A DNA stretch of 64,000 bases from Ancylonema sp. (GCA_050230475.1 JBFLGF010000135.1:1-64000); one strand, 5' to 3'; shown: positions 13,251-27,900, numbered from the stretch's first letter. Translations and numbers: made by a program. Notes: a model not told the origin generated them from the sequence alone.

Positions 13251-14811
13251 GAATGAAGCTTACGTAATGAGGAAAGAAAACATTTACATGTTGCCTAGAG
13301 TAAGTTGCCTTGACATCATCACCCAATTCAGTGTATGTGTCGTAATACAAGTTATGAAAGCGCGAAATGGAACCAGTACATGGCGACTACAAAATATACC
13401 AAAAACTTTACAAGGAGGGTTGGGAAAGTCTCAAGGTGGTACGAAGCAATAAATTACTCGCATGTTTTGTTGGACCTGGAGCAAACACAACGGACGGAGG
13501 GAACAGTGAACAAAATGGACCATTTTTTGGGGTAGGCAAGACACACCAATACTTCAAGTAAAGTGAACTCTACTATTCGAATTGTGAATTGCAAAGAAAA
13601 TACACAAATGTTTATACATTCGAACATACCAACATAATCCAAATACTTTGTGTATTTCGCGATTGGAAATATATTACAAGATTGTCACCAACAACTTCAA
13701 TATTGCATACAAACGGACTCGAGTACCGTGCCGGCCAGATTTAATGCCCCACCCCTCCGGAGATCGAAATAATAAGCCAAAGACCCATCAATCCGCCCAC
13801 CCCCGAGCAGATAATTTTTAGGCCTCAGCAATTCGCCCACCCCTTCCGGGCGACTATTTATTCACATATGACCCACTCTGGTAACGGTCAAATTAGCTCC
13901 TCAAATGCTGAATACCATGATCGTTAAAGATCAATTTACCGGTATTCTTGTATTTAGGCCTCTATGGCATGTATTTTCCCCTTTATACCCTTGACGCCCC
14001 CCCACCGACCCCCATTAACTCAGATTTTATTTGTAGTGTGTGGGTTTAGGCAGAAATCGAAGTGTCGTTCATGAGGATTCTAGATTTTTATCGAGTTCCA
14101 TACATCATAATATGCGAGAAAAAGCGTTCTATACACAATATGAGGACATCTAGTAACAAAGGTTCTTAAGTGACTTGTCTTTATGTAGAGTGTCGTTATG
14201 CTTATATTGAAGGCGATTTCATATTGATTTAAAAAAAAAAACACACTAAAAACTAGGTGTGTACATTATACTCGTATGACCGATGCGGACCTACCATTAA
14301 TATATTCAGTGTTCCATTACATTTTAGGAAACGCCTCGGCTTTTTCATATTTTATTTCCCACCGCCATCCAGCCGGTCCAAACCGCCAGCCAACCGTAGC
14401 GGCTGGGCGGTTTGGTGGCGGTCGAACGGCGGAATCGCGGTCGAGTGGTTAAACCGCGGTCGGATGGCGGACTCGCGGTCGGATGGCAGTTGGGCGGCGT
14501 TTGGAGGGCGGTGTTTGGCGGGCGGCCGCTCGATCACCGCCAGCGTTGTGGCGAGCGGGTCCAACCCTAGCGGCACGCAGTGTACCCCATCCATTTCCAA
14601 CATGCAACACTCGCCGACCCTCCCGATCGTTTCCTGCCTTCCGTAGTACCGCTCTTGTTGACAGGTGGAAACGGAAGGGTGGCGGTGGCGGATGGTGGGT
14701 GGCGGTCGTGCATCCGCAAGCTATCAGCACCCGTGCTTTCTCGTGCCCATCGACAACTGGAAAGCAAACTTCACATAAAATCCCGAATACGAAATACTGA
14801 ATTCTAAGATC

Positions 14812-14857
14812 TGTAGTGGACGGTAGTGGACGGTAGTGGACGGTAGTGGACGGTAGT
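14812..14857 (+). repeat. Tandem 10-mer (GTAGTGGACG), about 4.5 copies, upstream of CSN5
   Basis: Read directly. Confidence 0.85.
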
Positions 14858-15022
14858 GCGTCTCTGCAGTCGTTACCTGAGCTTGTGACACAGAGTATTG
14901 TTGGCAGAATCGCGAAGTTATGATGTCTGCTGGATGAGAACCTGTACTGTGACCTCTATCATTTTTTTCTGCAGTTTTTGTTATCTAGTAAAGAGTACCG
15001 AAATACTTCAAGAAAGAGTCTG

Positions 15023-17823
15023 ATGGATCCTGGAGCTTCTTCCTCGGTCGCTAGGAAAACTTGGGAGCTGGAGAACAACATAGAGTCAACGGAAGTCGAT
15101 GCGATATTTCAGTTTGACGCACAGAAGGAATCAGCAATCCAGCAGCAAAAGCCATGGACAAAGGATCCCAATCATTTCAAAAACGTAAGAATATCTGCCT
15201 TAGCTCTTCTAAAGATGGTTGTCCACGCACGGTCAGGTGGAAACATTGAAGTCATGGGCATCATGCAAGGCAAAACAGACGGAGACACTTTCATTGTCTT
15301 GGACTCGTTCGCCCTACCCGTCGAGGGTACCGAGACACGTGTCAACGCGCAAGCTGACGCGTATGAGTACATGGTGAACTACGTGCAAACAAACAAGACG
15401 GTAAGCCAACTGCATCCAGAATCTCTTTCGCCTACGACATGGTTTCTTCTCAGGGCGTCTAGCGCAATTCAATCGGGAGCATCCTGTTTGTTTTGTCTGT
15501 TCCTGACTTGTGATGTTTCAGCGAAAGGGGTAACATATTCTCAATTTTGAGGCCCTTTGATGAAATCTGCCCTTCCACTATACGTATCCTGAATAATTGT
15601 TTCTCACTATTCCAGCTAGGTGTATTTAAGGTGTTGTATTTTAGTGAGGTTTTTTTTTTTTACTCGTCCTGTTTTGCATGATTGCCATCCGTGAAGACTC
15701 AGTCGGTGGTCGGTAAATTTTATTCCTGGCAGGTCGGTCGACTTGAAAATGTTGTGGGCTGGTACCATTCGCATCCAGGGTATGGCTGCTGGCTCTCTGG
15801 CATTGATGTCGGCACCCAGTTGCAGAACCAGCAGTATCAGGAGCCCTGGCTGGCGGTGGTCATTGACCCTACACGCACAGTTTCTGCTGGAAAAGTAGAA
15901 ATCGGTGCATTCAGAACCTACCCCGAGGGCTACAAGCCACCTGACGAACCAGCATCTGAATACCAGACGATCCCTTTGAATAAGATAGAGGACTTTGGCG
16001 TGCACAGTAAGCGAGTGAGTTTCTTTCCTTGTGCTGCAGAATCGACCAGGGACCATAGTGGAAGTGCATCTGTTTCACCTGTCCCACTCGTTTGCTGGAA
16101 GTTTGCTGCCAACTGCATCAGAAGGGTGGATAGTTTCTTGCTCTGCAGTAGACGTGGTGATCCAGTTGCTGTATGCTACGACAGGTGATACTACCTTGTG
16201 TCTCTCAAATATAAAGAAAGGGCTGAATGTCATTCGATTGCCTCTCTTTGTGCTTGGTTTACAGTACTATTCATTGGACGTGACCTACTTCAAATCTTCT
16301 TTGGACTCCCACTTGCTGGACCTCCTTTGGAACAAGTATTGGGTGAATACCCTGTCGTCATCGCCGCTGCTAGGAGCCCGGGAGTATGTTGCAGGACAGA
16401 TTTCAGATCTAGGTGAGCATGAAAAGCCAGGCTGTGTCTGCGTTTGTTAAGATCCATCTCCAAGTTAGGTCTACTTAACCTCGCCAAACAAATCCAGACA
16501 GAGTGAATGAAAATGTCATTATAAGCTTCAATGCCAGTTTTTTTTTGTTTTTTGTTTTTGTTTTTTTGTCAGATCCATTCTCCGATCAGACTTCGTTCTC
16601 ATCGAATTACACATGATTGAATTATTGTACTTTGCCCGATTACATACGGAAGTGACATGTGTTGTCCAACAAGGCCTTTCTGACACCTCTGGTGGCACAC
16701 TCTGTCACAATGGCGTTGAGTCTTCGAGGGATTCAGTGACTGAATTTTGTCAGTTGTTCGTCTCTTGGAGGAGTGGAAGTCTCATTGTCCTCTTGATTAT
16801 CTGGCGAATGACTGCAGCTGAGAAGTTGGAGCAAGCAGAGAATGCATTGGCGCACTCAGGCAGACTTGGCAGCTTCTTCATGCCGCCACGCAAGAAGGAG
16901 GTCAGTGGTGGGCGGTATGGAAAATTTGGCAGTCAAGCATTCCAGTGCCACTAAATTGACCTGCATTCTGCACATCTGTGTAGCACACGTGTAAATAGCT
17001 CTGCAGCTGTAGCTACATTTGAGAGGGACCTACTTGTTGATACTGATTCACCTGCTTATTGCCGGTGTTGACAATATGAAGTCACAAACAATCCACTCCA
17101 GTTCCAGCAGTGATTATTGGAGATGGTGCTGAAACTGGTCAGCATTAACGTGGGTGTGACAGGAGGATTCGCAGCTTGCCAAGGCAACCAAAGACAGCAA
17201 CAAGATAACTGTTGAGCAAGTCCATGGGCTCATGTCCCAGGTGAGAGTACCATCCATGCGCTAAAGGCAAGGTGCTCTATGGATGTGCATTTCTTTGAGC
17301 TGTGCAGCCTGGAGTAGGGGACTTGCCTGTGTTGATGGGGGTGTGTTGCACATGGACAATTGGTCTCAAGGTACAGTAAGTCAGAACTCGGAATGTATGG
17401 AAGAATTTGATCATCTGATATAAAAATCAAAAACTCATGACTTTGCTGGCCTGGTGCGGACATAGTCCGGGAAGCAGTTTAGGTTCTGGTATGGTTGATT
17501 ATTTTGCTTTCCAGTTTTCTAAGGTAGGTGATGAAAATATTGTATAAAGAGGGTTGTGTTTGTGATTCTGGTGTCATCTTTTGTCACAAGTAAGCACTTA
17601 GCTCCTCCCGGCTACTATTTGCTTATAAATATGTTTATTGGATCATGTTTGTGTTTGTCCGCTTCAAAAGGAAACACATGATTTTTGAAATTGCTCTCAT
17701 GGATTGCAGGTGATAAAGGATCTTTTGTTCAATTCATTGGGTCCTACCTCGCGAGCGGAGGGGGCGAAAGCTGAGCAAGCTGGGACGTCAAACTTGGGTT
17801 CGGAGCCTATGTTGGAAGCTTAG
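15023..17823 (+). CDS. CSN5: COP9 signalosome subunit 5 (JAB1/MPN+ deneddylase), 6 coding exons, 360 aa
   Basis: Exons 15023-15400, 15733-16014, 16265-16412, 16818-16900, 17163-17240, 17710-17823 (1083 nt, phases consistent). Motifs [41 protein letters not shown] (JAMM), [11 protein letters not shown]. Confidence 0.98.
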
Positions 17824-18907
17824 AAGAATTCAGGAAAAAACGTTCTTACCTAGAATCTCGGTCAATAAAAATACCAACGCGTATCCCTACGTGAGGTACG
17901 TATGGGCAAATTGAACCATATGGAGTGTACAAACTTTGAGAGTAGTTGTGCCCTGTTGTTTTATGTATAACGTCGACAAATTTCATTGCTAGTCTTTGAG
18001 AGTGGTGCTACGTTGGCTAAAGAGCATCGACAATTGTCCAACGATGGATGTATGAATGTGGAGTATCGCGTAGACCGAGAATACGCACCTTTGGGATTGG
18101 AGTATAGATCGTAGACGCCGACCGTGCAACCTTTCGTCAGACTCCTTCCCGACCGGTCTAAAATGGGTGACGGACCCGGAAACTCCCGTAAAAAAAAAAA
18201 ACATTCCCAAAAAGACGAAGTATCATGACGATAATTCACTTATCATGCATTCACCATGATATATATTCGCATATAACGGTAAATGCACAAAAAAAAAGTT
18301 GGAATACCCTTCTGTAGTACGGAAAAACATTGGCCAGGTGCTTTGCTTCTCCAAGGTTTTGAGAGGGTCGTCGAAAGCATAGTGGGTCCCGCTCCGCTCG
18401 CGGAATGTGCGAGCCGGCTCCGAGCCGGCGCGCGTCCGCGACCCGCTTGGCAAAAACGAAATATCGAAATGCGACTAGGTACAAATCCTCCTCGGCCAAG
18501 TAGGTAGTTATTGTTTACCAGTAATTCGAGCAGTACATAGTAACCACATTCTGGTGGTTACCGGAGAGATTGCGTCATTCGGATCCGGTATTTTTTTTGG
18601 CAACTGAAAGATTCTATATCGAATCTTGAAGATCTTCTGATATTACGGGAATTAGACGACATCTCGGAAAGGGACGGGGCGGTGAACAATGCTCACACAT
18701 CAGATGCGGGATTTCGTAAAAACTGGCAGATTGTGTGGCACAAACGACAAACTGAATCTATGAGTGTCACACATTACGATGGAATGGGAGGACAACGATG
18801 GTACGGAAAAATACGATTAACGAGAGGCGTGCTAAACGACAAAATTGTAGGTCGCAGAGGACGAGGGGGAATTGTGAACGGGGTCGGAATAACGACGGAA
18901 TACAAAG

Positions 18908-21900
18908 TGTCGGCCTGCAGCCTGCCTGCAGCCTGCATTTGCTGAATAACGACAAAACTAAAGCTAAATTCCCGGTATTGCTAAAATCGATATAACGACA
19001 AAAGTTCACAGTGTTGGAATATTTTGGATAGCCATATGTTATGCTTGCTAGTCCAGTTGTAACCGGTTACTCTAACCGGGAGCAATATTCCTAGATGTGC
19101 CTATTTGCAGGGCCGGGCAAGTTTGTGCCCGGGCACCTCACATGTTTCCGACGCTTAGAGACGTTCTTTGTTTGGCGCGTCGTGATTGGCTTGTTTAGTC
19201 GTGGCAGAAATGTCCGGCATGTGCCGTTGACATGTAGAAGAGCTGTCAGATAATGATAGGCCGACGGTCAATTGTGCCGACCGTCGGCACACAACAATCT
19301 GTAAAGCGCATCGGGTATTACCATCCCCGATGCAATCACAATAATAATTCGTTCCACACACGCAACTCCTCTCTCGTTGATCATCAGTGATAGAGATATC
19401 CTTTTGCGTACGGTTCGTTTTCGCCCACCTAATTATTCCGGCACGTCTAATCACTCAAAAGCTTACAGGTTATGGGCCCACGTGCGGTCTAGTTCAGACG
19501 CCGTGTTGGTTAAAAACTAAAGGCTCCACGCGATTTCGCTGCGGTAATCTCTGTGAACGGTATATTCTGCCAGTGAGCGCAAATATATTCGTAGTTGTTA
19601 AGTGCTGCACGTAATTTTGACATTGCGCTGCAAGTTTTCGAGCTGAGTGCTGCAGTGCAGGAATTGCACTGAGAACTCGAGCTGAGCGAGAATTTTTGTG
19701 AAATCCTAAACAATAGCTCCCACAATGTCGGATAGGTCGCAAATCCCTCAGTTTACTGGAGCTCATTATACAGGATGGGCCTTCAAGGTCAAGTATGGGC
19801 TGGCGGACAAGAAACTGCATCGTTTGGTGATGGATTGGGACAGCTTGCCGCGAAAGTGTCGCCCAGACGTTATCCTTCCACTGACACCTGACAACGAGAT
19901 GCAATTTGCCGCCAGGGGGATCGACGTTGATGTCGAAATATTGGTCAGGCAGCAGCAGATTTCCCAGCAGCTGCTGGAGCTGGAGAAATGGGAAGGATAA
20001 TATGGCTGCAATGTCCTACATTGTGAAGCACTTGGGACCTTCGGAGCTGACGCACGTCACGGACTGCACGACAGCTGCCGGAATGTGGGATGCCCTGAGG
20101 ACATTCTACCAGGTGCAGGGTGCAGGGTGCGATTGAGATCGCGAACACCGAGGCGTTGCTGAGCGCGATCATACAGACTGAGGCGGAGGACATCAACGTA
20201 TATGTCAAGCGTCTGCAGCAGCTACACCAGGATTTGAAGAATCTGGGGGCGACAGTAACTCCTACGAAGCAGGCGATCAACCTGCTCAACTCCCTAAACA
20301 CTCATTACAGCCCAATGGTCTCGACGCTGATGCCGTGGTCTCTGTTCACGATTCCCCACACCCCACATCCGCTGCTGCGCGACGACGTCAGAAAGGAGTT
20401 GAATGAGCGTAAGAAGGGGGCGCTGCCAGGAGGTCACCAAGCTCATTATGGTGGACCTGAAGGGGGAAGCGGAGCTCGAGGCAGCAGCAGACCTGGTGGT
20501 GCGACTGGAGCTGGTCGCAGAGACGCTGCAGGCGTCGAATGCTTCGGCTGCCACAAATTCGGCCACATCAGAGCGAACTGCCCTTCACCAGCTATCGACG
20601 GAGGCCATGCCGGAGCCTGGAAATGTCACAGGTGCCACCAGGCAGGCCACCGAGCTGCTCAGAGTCCTGCGCCATCGCCAGCAGCTGGAAATGTTGCGCA
20701 CGCGACTCAGGGAAGTTCAGGGGGGAGACAGAGGTGCAGATATTGCAACAATGTAAAGCATACGATTGAACAATGTAGAAAACGCACATCTGAATGGCTC
20801 TTAATGAACCCAGAAGCTGCTCGAAGGGCTGATGCACAAGCTAGACTTGCTCGCTTTGCTGACAAACCTTTCGACGCTAATGTGGATTATTTAGCTTTCG
20901 GTGCTTTCTCGTTCGATGTTGCTCGAGCATTGTCTGCTGGTTCTCACACAGACTCCTTGATCCTGAATTCAAGTGCTAGAGACCACATATTCACAGAACG
21001 TGAACACTTTGTGGAGTACGCACCAACCCTGAGCTCGCAGAAGGCCTTCATCACCACTGCTGACGGCTCGTCACACAAGGTGGAAGGCACTGGGTTCGTG
21101 CACATCCGAGTGAGGAATGGCGACACATTTTTTGTGCAGCCACTCAGCTCGATCCACGTCCCTACGTTTGCCTGCACCGTGCCTCGTCAAAAGAGGTGGG
21201 CTGATGTGCTGCAGCAGCTCTTACAGCTGCCCACGGTGCCCCTGCCGACGGGTCCAGAAATAAACAAGGGAAATGTGAAATGGGCTGATGTGCTGCAGCA
21301 GCCTAGTGGTCTGACTTTGCTTGCTGCCACCATCGTCATGCCTCCTGGATCTCATGATACGAGAGCAAATTTGTCCACAGGCATGGTCTGGCATCACAAA
21401 CTGGGTCACCCCAGTTCTGATGTGATGTCAGATTTTGTCAGACGTGGTGACATCCCACAGTTAAGTCAGGAAGAATTAACTGAGTTCAGGTTTAGATGTC
21501 AGCCCAGTCATGCTAAGGTCAGTGAGGATCTGGGAACATGCCCCAAGATGGGTCGCATTTACCTGGATCTCATTGGACCACTGTCTGTCAGGTCTGCAAA
21601 TGGAGGTTTCACGTATGCTCAGACAGGGATTGAGGAGGTATCCACACGTCTGTCCTTTGTCAGTTTGCTAAAAACAAAGGATGAAGCACTGCACCGAGCA
21701 AAAGTCACTATACAATTGCTCGAGGTCCAGTCAGGGTTGCCACTACAGTCTATACGGACAGACAAGGGTGGGGAGTATGTGTCTCAGGACTGGATAAACT
21801 ACTGTGGGGGGAAGGGTATTGACAAGCAAACCACAGAAGCATATAGTCTTGAACAAAACGGAATCTGTGAAAGACTGAATAGACGATTGACAGAAAAAAT

Positions 21901-24900
21901 GCGATGCATATTAATGTGGTCAGGTCTACCGAAGTCGTATTGGGATGTGGCATTATTACATGCAAACTGGTTAAGAAACAGAACTCCCACTAAGTCGCTT
22001 GCTGGCAGAATCCCAATTGAAGTCTGGGAGGGAAAGAACATGAAAATGAACAAAAGTCATAATTTTGGGTGTCTGGTTCAATACTTGAAGGTTGGGGGGG
22101 AAAAGAACAGTCAAGGGGACAAGTTTGCCCCTCACACTTGCTTTGGTGTGTTTCTGGGGATGGCTGCGGGGAGTGCAGGCTACAACGTCTTCGACCCCCA
22201 TAGGGTGGGGGTGATATCACGCATGGACGTGCGGTTCTTCGCGAGGAGGTGCCGGGGTACCCGAACATGGGGGGGAGAGCTCCCCAGGTTCAGGCGGCAA
22301 CAGAAAAACACTTTTTCTATCTATTCCTTGACACCGAAGATGAACCCGCAGCAGCAGTTGTGCCAGCAGCAGCAGTCCACCCCAACATGCCAGCAGCGGT
22401 AGTCCACTCAATCATGCCAGCAGTTCTGCAGCCGATGCCAGCAGTTCTGCAGCCAATCCCAGCACCAGCAGAACCAGCAGTCCCTGAACCAACAGCTGCC
22501 ATCGACTATCCGCACGACAACTTCCAGCCACAAGCTGCTGAGATCCCTAACGCCACGATTGTGCTGTCCGACAGCCAGTCAGGGATCAACACCGCAGGAG
22601 GTGGAGATGCAGGGGAGGAGGAGGTGCAAGGAGGGGGTGCGCGAATCCAGGAGTGGGGGAGCCAGGCAGTGTAGCTGATCGGGTGATGGCCAGAAGGCGA
22701 GCCAACTTTGCCGAGTATGGGGATCTCATGTGATGTGATGGGGAGGAGTTCGATGACGCAGCTGCCAACTACTCAGCGTGAGTGGGAGCCCAGCAGAGCT
22801 GTTTCTACACTGGCTTCAACGGTCCTGTGGATCCTGGCTACTACGCCTGCGTAGCATCAAACAGCAACAACTCCTCCGAGCCACTCACCCTCAACCATGC
22901 GATGATGATGAGGAGGCCAGACTGGGATCAGTGGGACACAGCAATCGTGGAAGAGCTCGCTGCCCTGGAGACGTTCAACACCTTTGAGGTGTGTGTGCTT
23001 CCTCCAGGTAAAAAGGCTGTGGGGTGCAGATATGTTTTTAAGGTCAAAACAACACCTCAAGGGGATATTGAAAGATATAAAGTCAGACTGGTCGCACAGG
23101 GATTCTTACAGCAAGAGGGTATTGACTATAACGAAGTATTTGCAGTAGTAATCGACAGTACATCTATCACCCTACTCCTCTCTATAGCCAACCAATATGA
23201 CTGGGAACTGGAACAGATGGACGTAATCACAGCGTTCCTGTATGGACGTCTGGAGAAGAGGTTTATATGAAATACCACCCCACGTATGCACATATCAATG
23301 GGGGTGCTGAGGGAGAAGAAAGGTCTTACGACTTAAGGGGGCTTTATACGGTCTAAAACAGAGTAGCCACGTGTGGCAAGAGATGTTCAGAAAATTGATG
23401 ATATCTGAAGGGTTTAAACACTGCGTAATGGACACATGTATATATATGAGGGCGGAAGCAGACAACAGAATCATACTTGGCATACATGTAGATGATCAGG
23501 TGATCACAGGTCCTAACGCAATGGTCGTCAAAACTTTTAAAGAAGATATGGGTTCAAAGTCAAGGATCCCCTAACCCATATCCTGGAGAAGACTGCTCAC
23601 ACTGGGACAGTCAGGATTCTTAAGGGGAAGTCAGGTTTCTTAAGGGGGGTGCATGGGAGTACTCGAACGTTATAGGATGCATGAGTGTAATCCAACAAAA
23701 CTCCCTCTAGCCCCTGGAATTCAGTTTACACAAAATGATGAACCAACTCTTCCCCCTACCCCTAAAGAAATAACAGACTTTCGAGGAAAAGTGGGATCTT
23801 TCATATATGCCATGAAACAAACCAGACTGGACATCGGGTATGCACTTGGGGTACTGGCAAAACACATGGGAAATCCTCGGGTCGCACACATAAGGGCGTT
23901 ACATCAACTATTCAGATACCTAAAAGGGACTGTGAACCACGGACTGACGTTTGTGGGTAAAGGCAGCTTTGAAGTAAAGGGTTACTGCGATGCATCATGG
24001 AACAGTTGCAGCATGACAAAAGTCAGTCACAGGATGGGTAACCACGGTTGGGGGGACAGCACTGAGTTGGAAGTCGCAGAAGCAGTCCACTGTTGCACAG
24101 AGCACTGCCGAGGCTGAATATATCGCTGCCTGTAGTGTATCTAAAGAGTGCTGTTATCTAAAGTCTCTCTTGAAAGAACTCAAGTTTCCAAACCAAATCA
24201 CAATCCACACTGACTCCACCTCAGCTCTCTCTCCATGATCCAGAATCCTGTGCACAACGACAGAAGGCAAAACATTTTAATATGGTATATCACTGGGTAC
24301 GGGAATGCCACAGCACGGGGGGGAGACTAAAATATGTGTATCCAGGCGCCAATCAACCAGCAGATATGCTAACCAAAGCTCTTCCTCAAGTTTTACTGGA
24401 CAGACACAGCAAAAGTCTAGGTTTTGGACGGTTATACTGAACTGGGGCTGTCAGTATTTTCTTTTATTTTTATGATCAAGGTTTCGAATGCCATGCATGT
24501 TGGCAGGGGGTGTGTTGTTATGTTTCTTTTCATGCAGAAGTAATGGGGAGGGTACAACAACTTCAGCTCATCCAGCTAAGTCACACTCTTACCTTAATAC
24601 CTTGTAAGAACACTTGTGAAAACGTTAAATCAGAAAGTGTGGATCTGCTCAACTTTAAACTTGTCAGTTTGTTCTGAATTTTCGAATGTATGTCCTAATC
24701 ATTGTTGCAAATCTTGTTTCAAAAGTTGGTGCTGATTGGACCGGTAATTTTGAAGTTATGCTGTTTTGAGACTTTTCTGACTGGAAAGTGTAAAGTTTCA
24801 GAATCGTAAAGTTGAAAAAGTTAAAAAATCAAAAATTTTTCATAAGTTTTTTTGTTTTTCGCCTACTTGTGGTATTTGTTTGTATGTTCAGGGCTTCGGC

Positions 24901-27900
24901 CTGAAACGACTAAGGATCTGGAGCGATCGCGACTTCATGGAGTTCCGAGCTCGAGAACAGCTGCATTTTCTTTCGTCTTCCGAACAGCTGCAGTTATCGA
25001 TAGAATCCCCTAGCACGCTTGTATGCTAGGAAAGACCAAAACTGTTTTATATGTTATGCAATGGTTCTGCCATGATTGGGCAATGACTTGGGTACGCCTT
25101 TTGATGTCTGCATCTATGCCAACTTTAGCATGGCATCCGAGGGGGTGTGTTAGAATATTTTCTTGCTAGTGCAGTTGTAACCGGTTACTCTAACCGGGAG
25201 CAATATTCCTAGATGTGCCTATATGCGGGGGGCCGGGCAAGTTTGTGCCCGGGCACCTGACATGTTCCGACGCTTAGAGACGTTATTTGTTTGGCGCGTC
25301 GTGATTGGCGCTTGTTTAGTCGTGTCAGAAATGTCCGGCATGCCGTTGACATGTAGAAGAGCTGTCACCCAATGATAGGCCGACGGTCAATTGTGCCGAC
25401 CGTCGGCACACAACAATCTGTAAAGCGCATCGGGTATTACCATCCCCGATGCAATCACAATAATAATTCGTTCCACACACGCAACTCCTGTCTCGTTGAT
25501 CATCAGTGATAGAGATCATTTTGCGTACGGTTCGTTTTGTCGCCCACCTAATTATTCCGGCACGTCTAATCACTCAAAAGCTTATACGACAAAAGTTCAC
25601 AGCCCCTAAAAACTAACACCCCCTCCCTGGGTACTTTTGTATTCCCCCTCTAAAAACGATAACCACAACGATATCGATTTTACAAACACAAGTCGACAAA
25701 ATACTCACTAATACACCAACCCCACCAGATCACAATTCTTCTTCAACACCTTGACAGACACTGGTTTTGTCAACATATCATTCATTCTTGACAAACTGCG
25801 TAGACTGATCTTTTTCTTGGACACCGTCTCTCGAATGGAATGATACTTGATCTCGATGTGTTTGGAGCGCTTGTGAAAAACAGGATTCTCAGCACTATTC
25901 AAAGATCTCTCATTGTCTCCCAGCAATAGCACACCCCCCCCACCAATACCCAACTCCTTTTGCATCTTGCTCAAATAAATGGCCTCATTTCCAGCAGCAC
26001 TCAATTTCCAGCAGCACTCAATGCCAAATACTCACTTTCACAGCTTGACTGTGTGACTGTCTCCAGCAAACCACTTTTCCAGCTCACAACAGCTCCTCCA
26101 CTAAGAAAGACATAGCCAGTTCTCCCCTTCCTAGTGTCGACGTCGCTGAGTAGCCGATGACTGGCAAATCACCTCCTTTCTTATACATCAGCCCCAAATT
26201 GACAGTTCCCTTGAGATATCGCAAAACTCTCTTTACCCCCTCCCAATGCTTGTCCCCTGGCTGCTGACTGTATCGACACAAGGAGTTAACAGCAGCTGCC
26301 AGATCAGGTCTTGTTCTAGAAGTGAGATACAACAAATTGCCCATTGCAGACTTGTAGCCCACACCCTCTATTCCAGCAGATTCAGAAGCAGATTCTTCAC
26401 AGTTTGCAGAAAATTTTACACCCAGCTCAAGAGGAGCATCATCAAGATACCATTCTAGACCAGCTTCCAGATGATCTTCGTCTTCATCGCCTCCACTAGA
26501 ATTGCTGACAAGTTCTGGAAGATCTGCACTCTGAGGAAGAGGGGATCTCGGAAGCTGTGGCAATGGATCTCCCACAGCATCAGGGATCTCTTCATCGACA
26601 GAATTTGGATCGCCATAGGCAGGTTGCCCACCTGCAGAAATGCCCCCTCCGAGGCCAACACGACCCCCTCCTGCTCCTTGATCAGGTGCATCCAGATCTG
26701 GCCATGACATTTTTGTTTCTGCAACTGGCTCATGCACTCTTGCCTTCTTGCCAATTTTCTGACCCCTCCACCAGCTTTGCTTGACAGATTCATCGAAGTC
26801 TGCATGACCAGTGCCAACGTTGTGTATTTTGTGTTCGTTGCAAGATCCTAGACTCGGTAGCAAGGACTGTCGGGATTCCATCCAACTAACACACCAAGAA
26901 GCCAGCGCACTCATTTTCCCAGCCCGATCTTTTTTCAGACGAGGAGCTGCATCATCTTTGGTGCGAAGTATTTCCACCTAGGATTTTCGGTTGTATTCAT
27001 CGACGAGCACCATGTTGTACACTCCTTCCCCTATTGATGCTGGATTGAACGGCCGTGCCAAGTCCACCGACACTCTTCCCAGGCAGACTTGTTCTCCTTC
27101 ACCAACTTCTCGTCGAGGATGAGGTTTGTCGTGTGCCTTCCCCAACTTGCACCCTTCACAGTTTCGCAGAACTCCTGAGATGCCTTCTTCCAGTCCTCGT
27201 ACAAGATGTTGTCGTGCCACATTTTTGAGCATCTCTCATTTGCATGCCCAAGTCTTGTGTGCAGGAGGTTGATTTTGACAACAGCTACAACAGCTTCCCC
27301 TTCAGTAAGTTGCTGATGTCGAACCGGTGTGCAGATTAGAGTTTTTCGACCAGTCGATGTTTCTTGCAGAGTGCAGACTTGTTGTCCAAATTTGTTGTAA
27401 ACTATAATGATGCCACCAGCTTTTCCACTGCAAGTGTAAGACCACCCTGCTTCTCTGGCTTTCCTGACCGCTGAACAAATTAATGCGCATCCCAGAATGT
27501 ACAAACATATCTTGAGTGTTACTCCTCCACACTCTCCCTCAGTATTCAACTCAATTGTTCCCCACTGCTTCACTCGCACACTTCCGACCAGATGATGAAT
27601 GATGACCTCGTGTGGAATGTCTTCGATGATTTTGAAAAGATTTTTTATGCCCACAAGAATGGTGACTGGAACCATCGTCGAAAAGGAAATCTTTCTCTGC
27701 ATCATCATCATCTGCAACATTTCCTTCACAAATTTTGGCGATGAAAGCTTCTGCATGACCACAGCTCTTCCCCTCATCGATTTCGCCAACGAAAGTTGTT
27801 TTTCTCCTAGTGCGTACCCCCTTTCTCTGCATTCGTGGAGCTTCGTTTTTCTTGTCGAAACATGTTAATTCCACATGACCTGGCTCCACAATATTTGCAT

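Noticed and set aside
13156..13700. Short ORFs as a transposase remnant
   Set aside because: No diagnostic motif could be identified.
14257..14807. Overlapping GC-rich ORFs upstream of CSN5
   Set aside because: They arise from CCGC/GGCG-rich repeat-like sequence, with no recognisable protein motifs.
14812..14857. CRISPR-like array
   Set aside because: Plain tandem 10-mers without spacers, in a eukaryotic context.
8887..18433. Composite transposon enclosing MYND-B and CSN5
   Set aside because: The two related ends face outward, so they do not bracket the genes.
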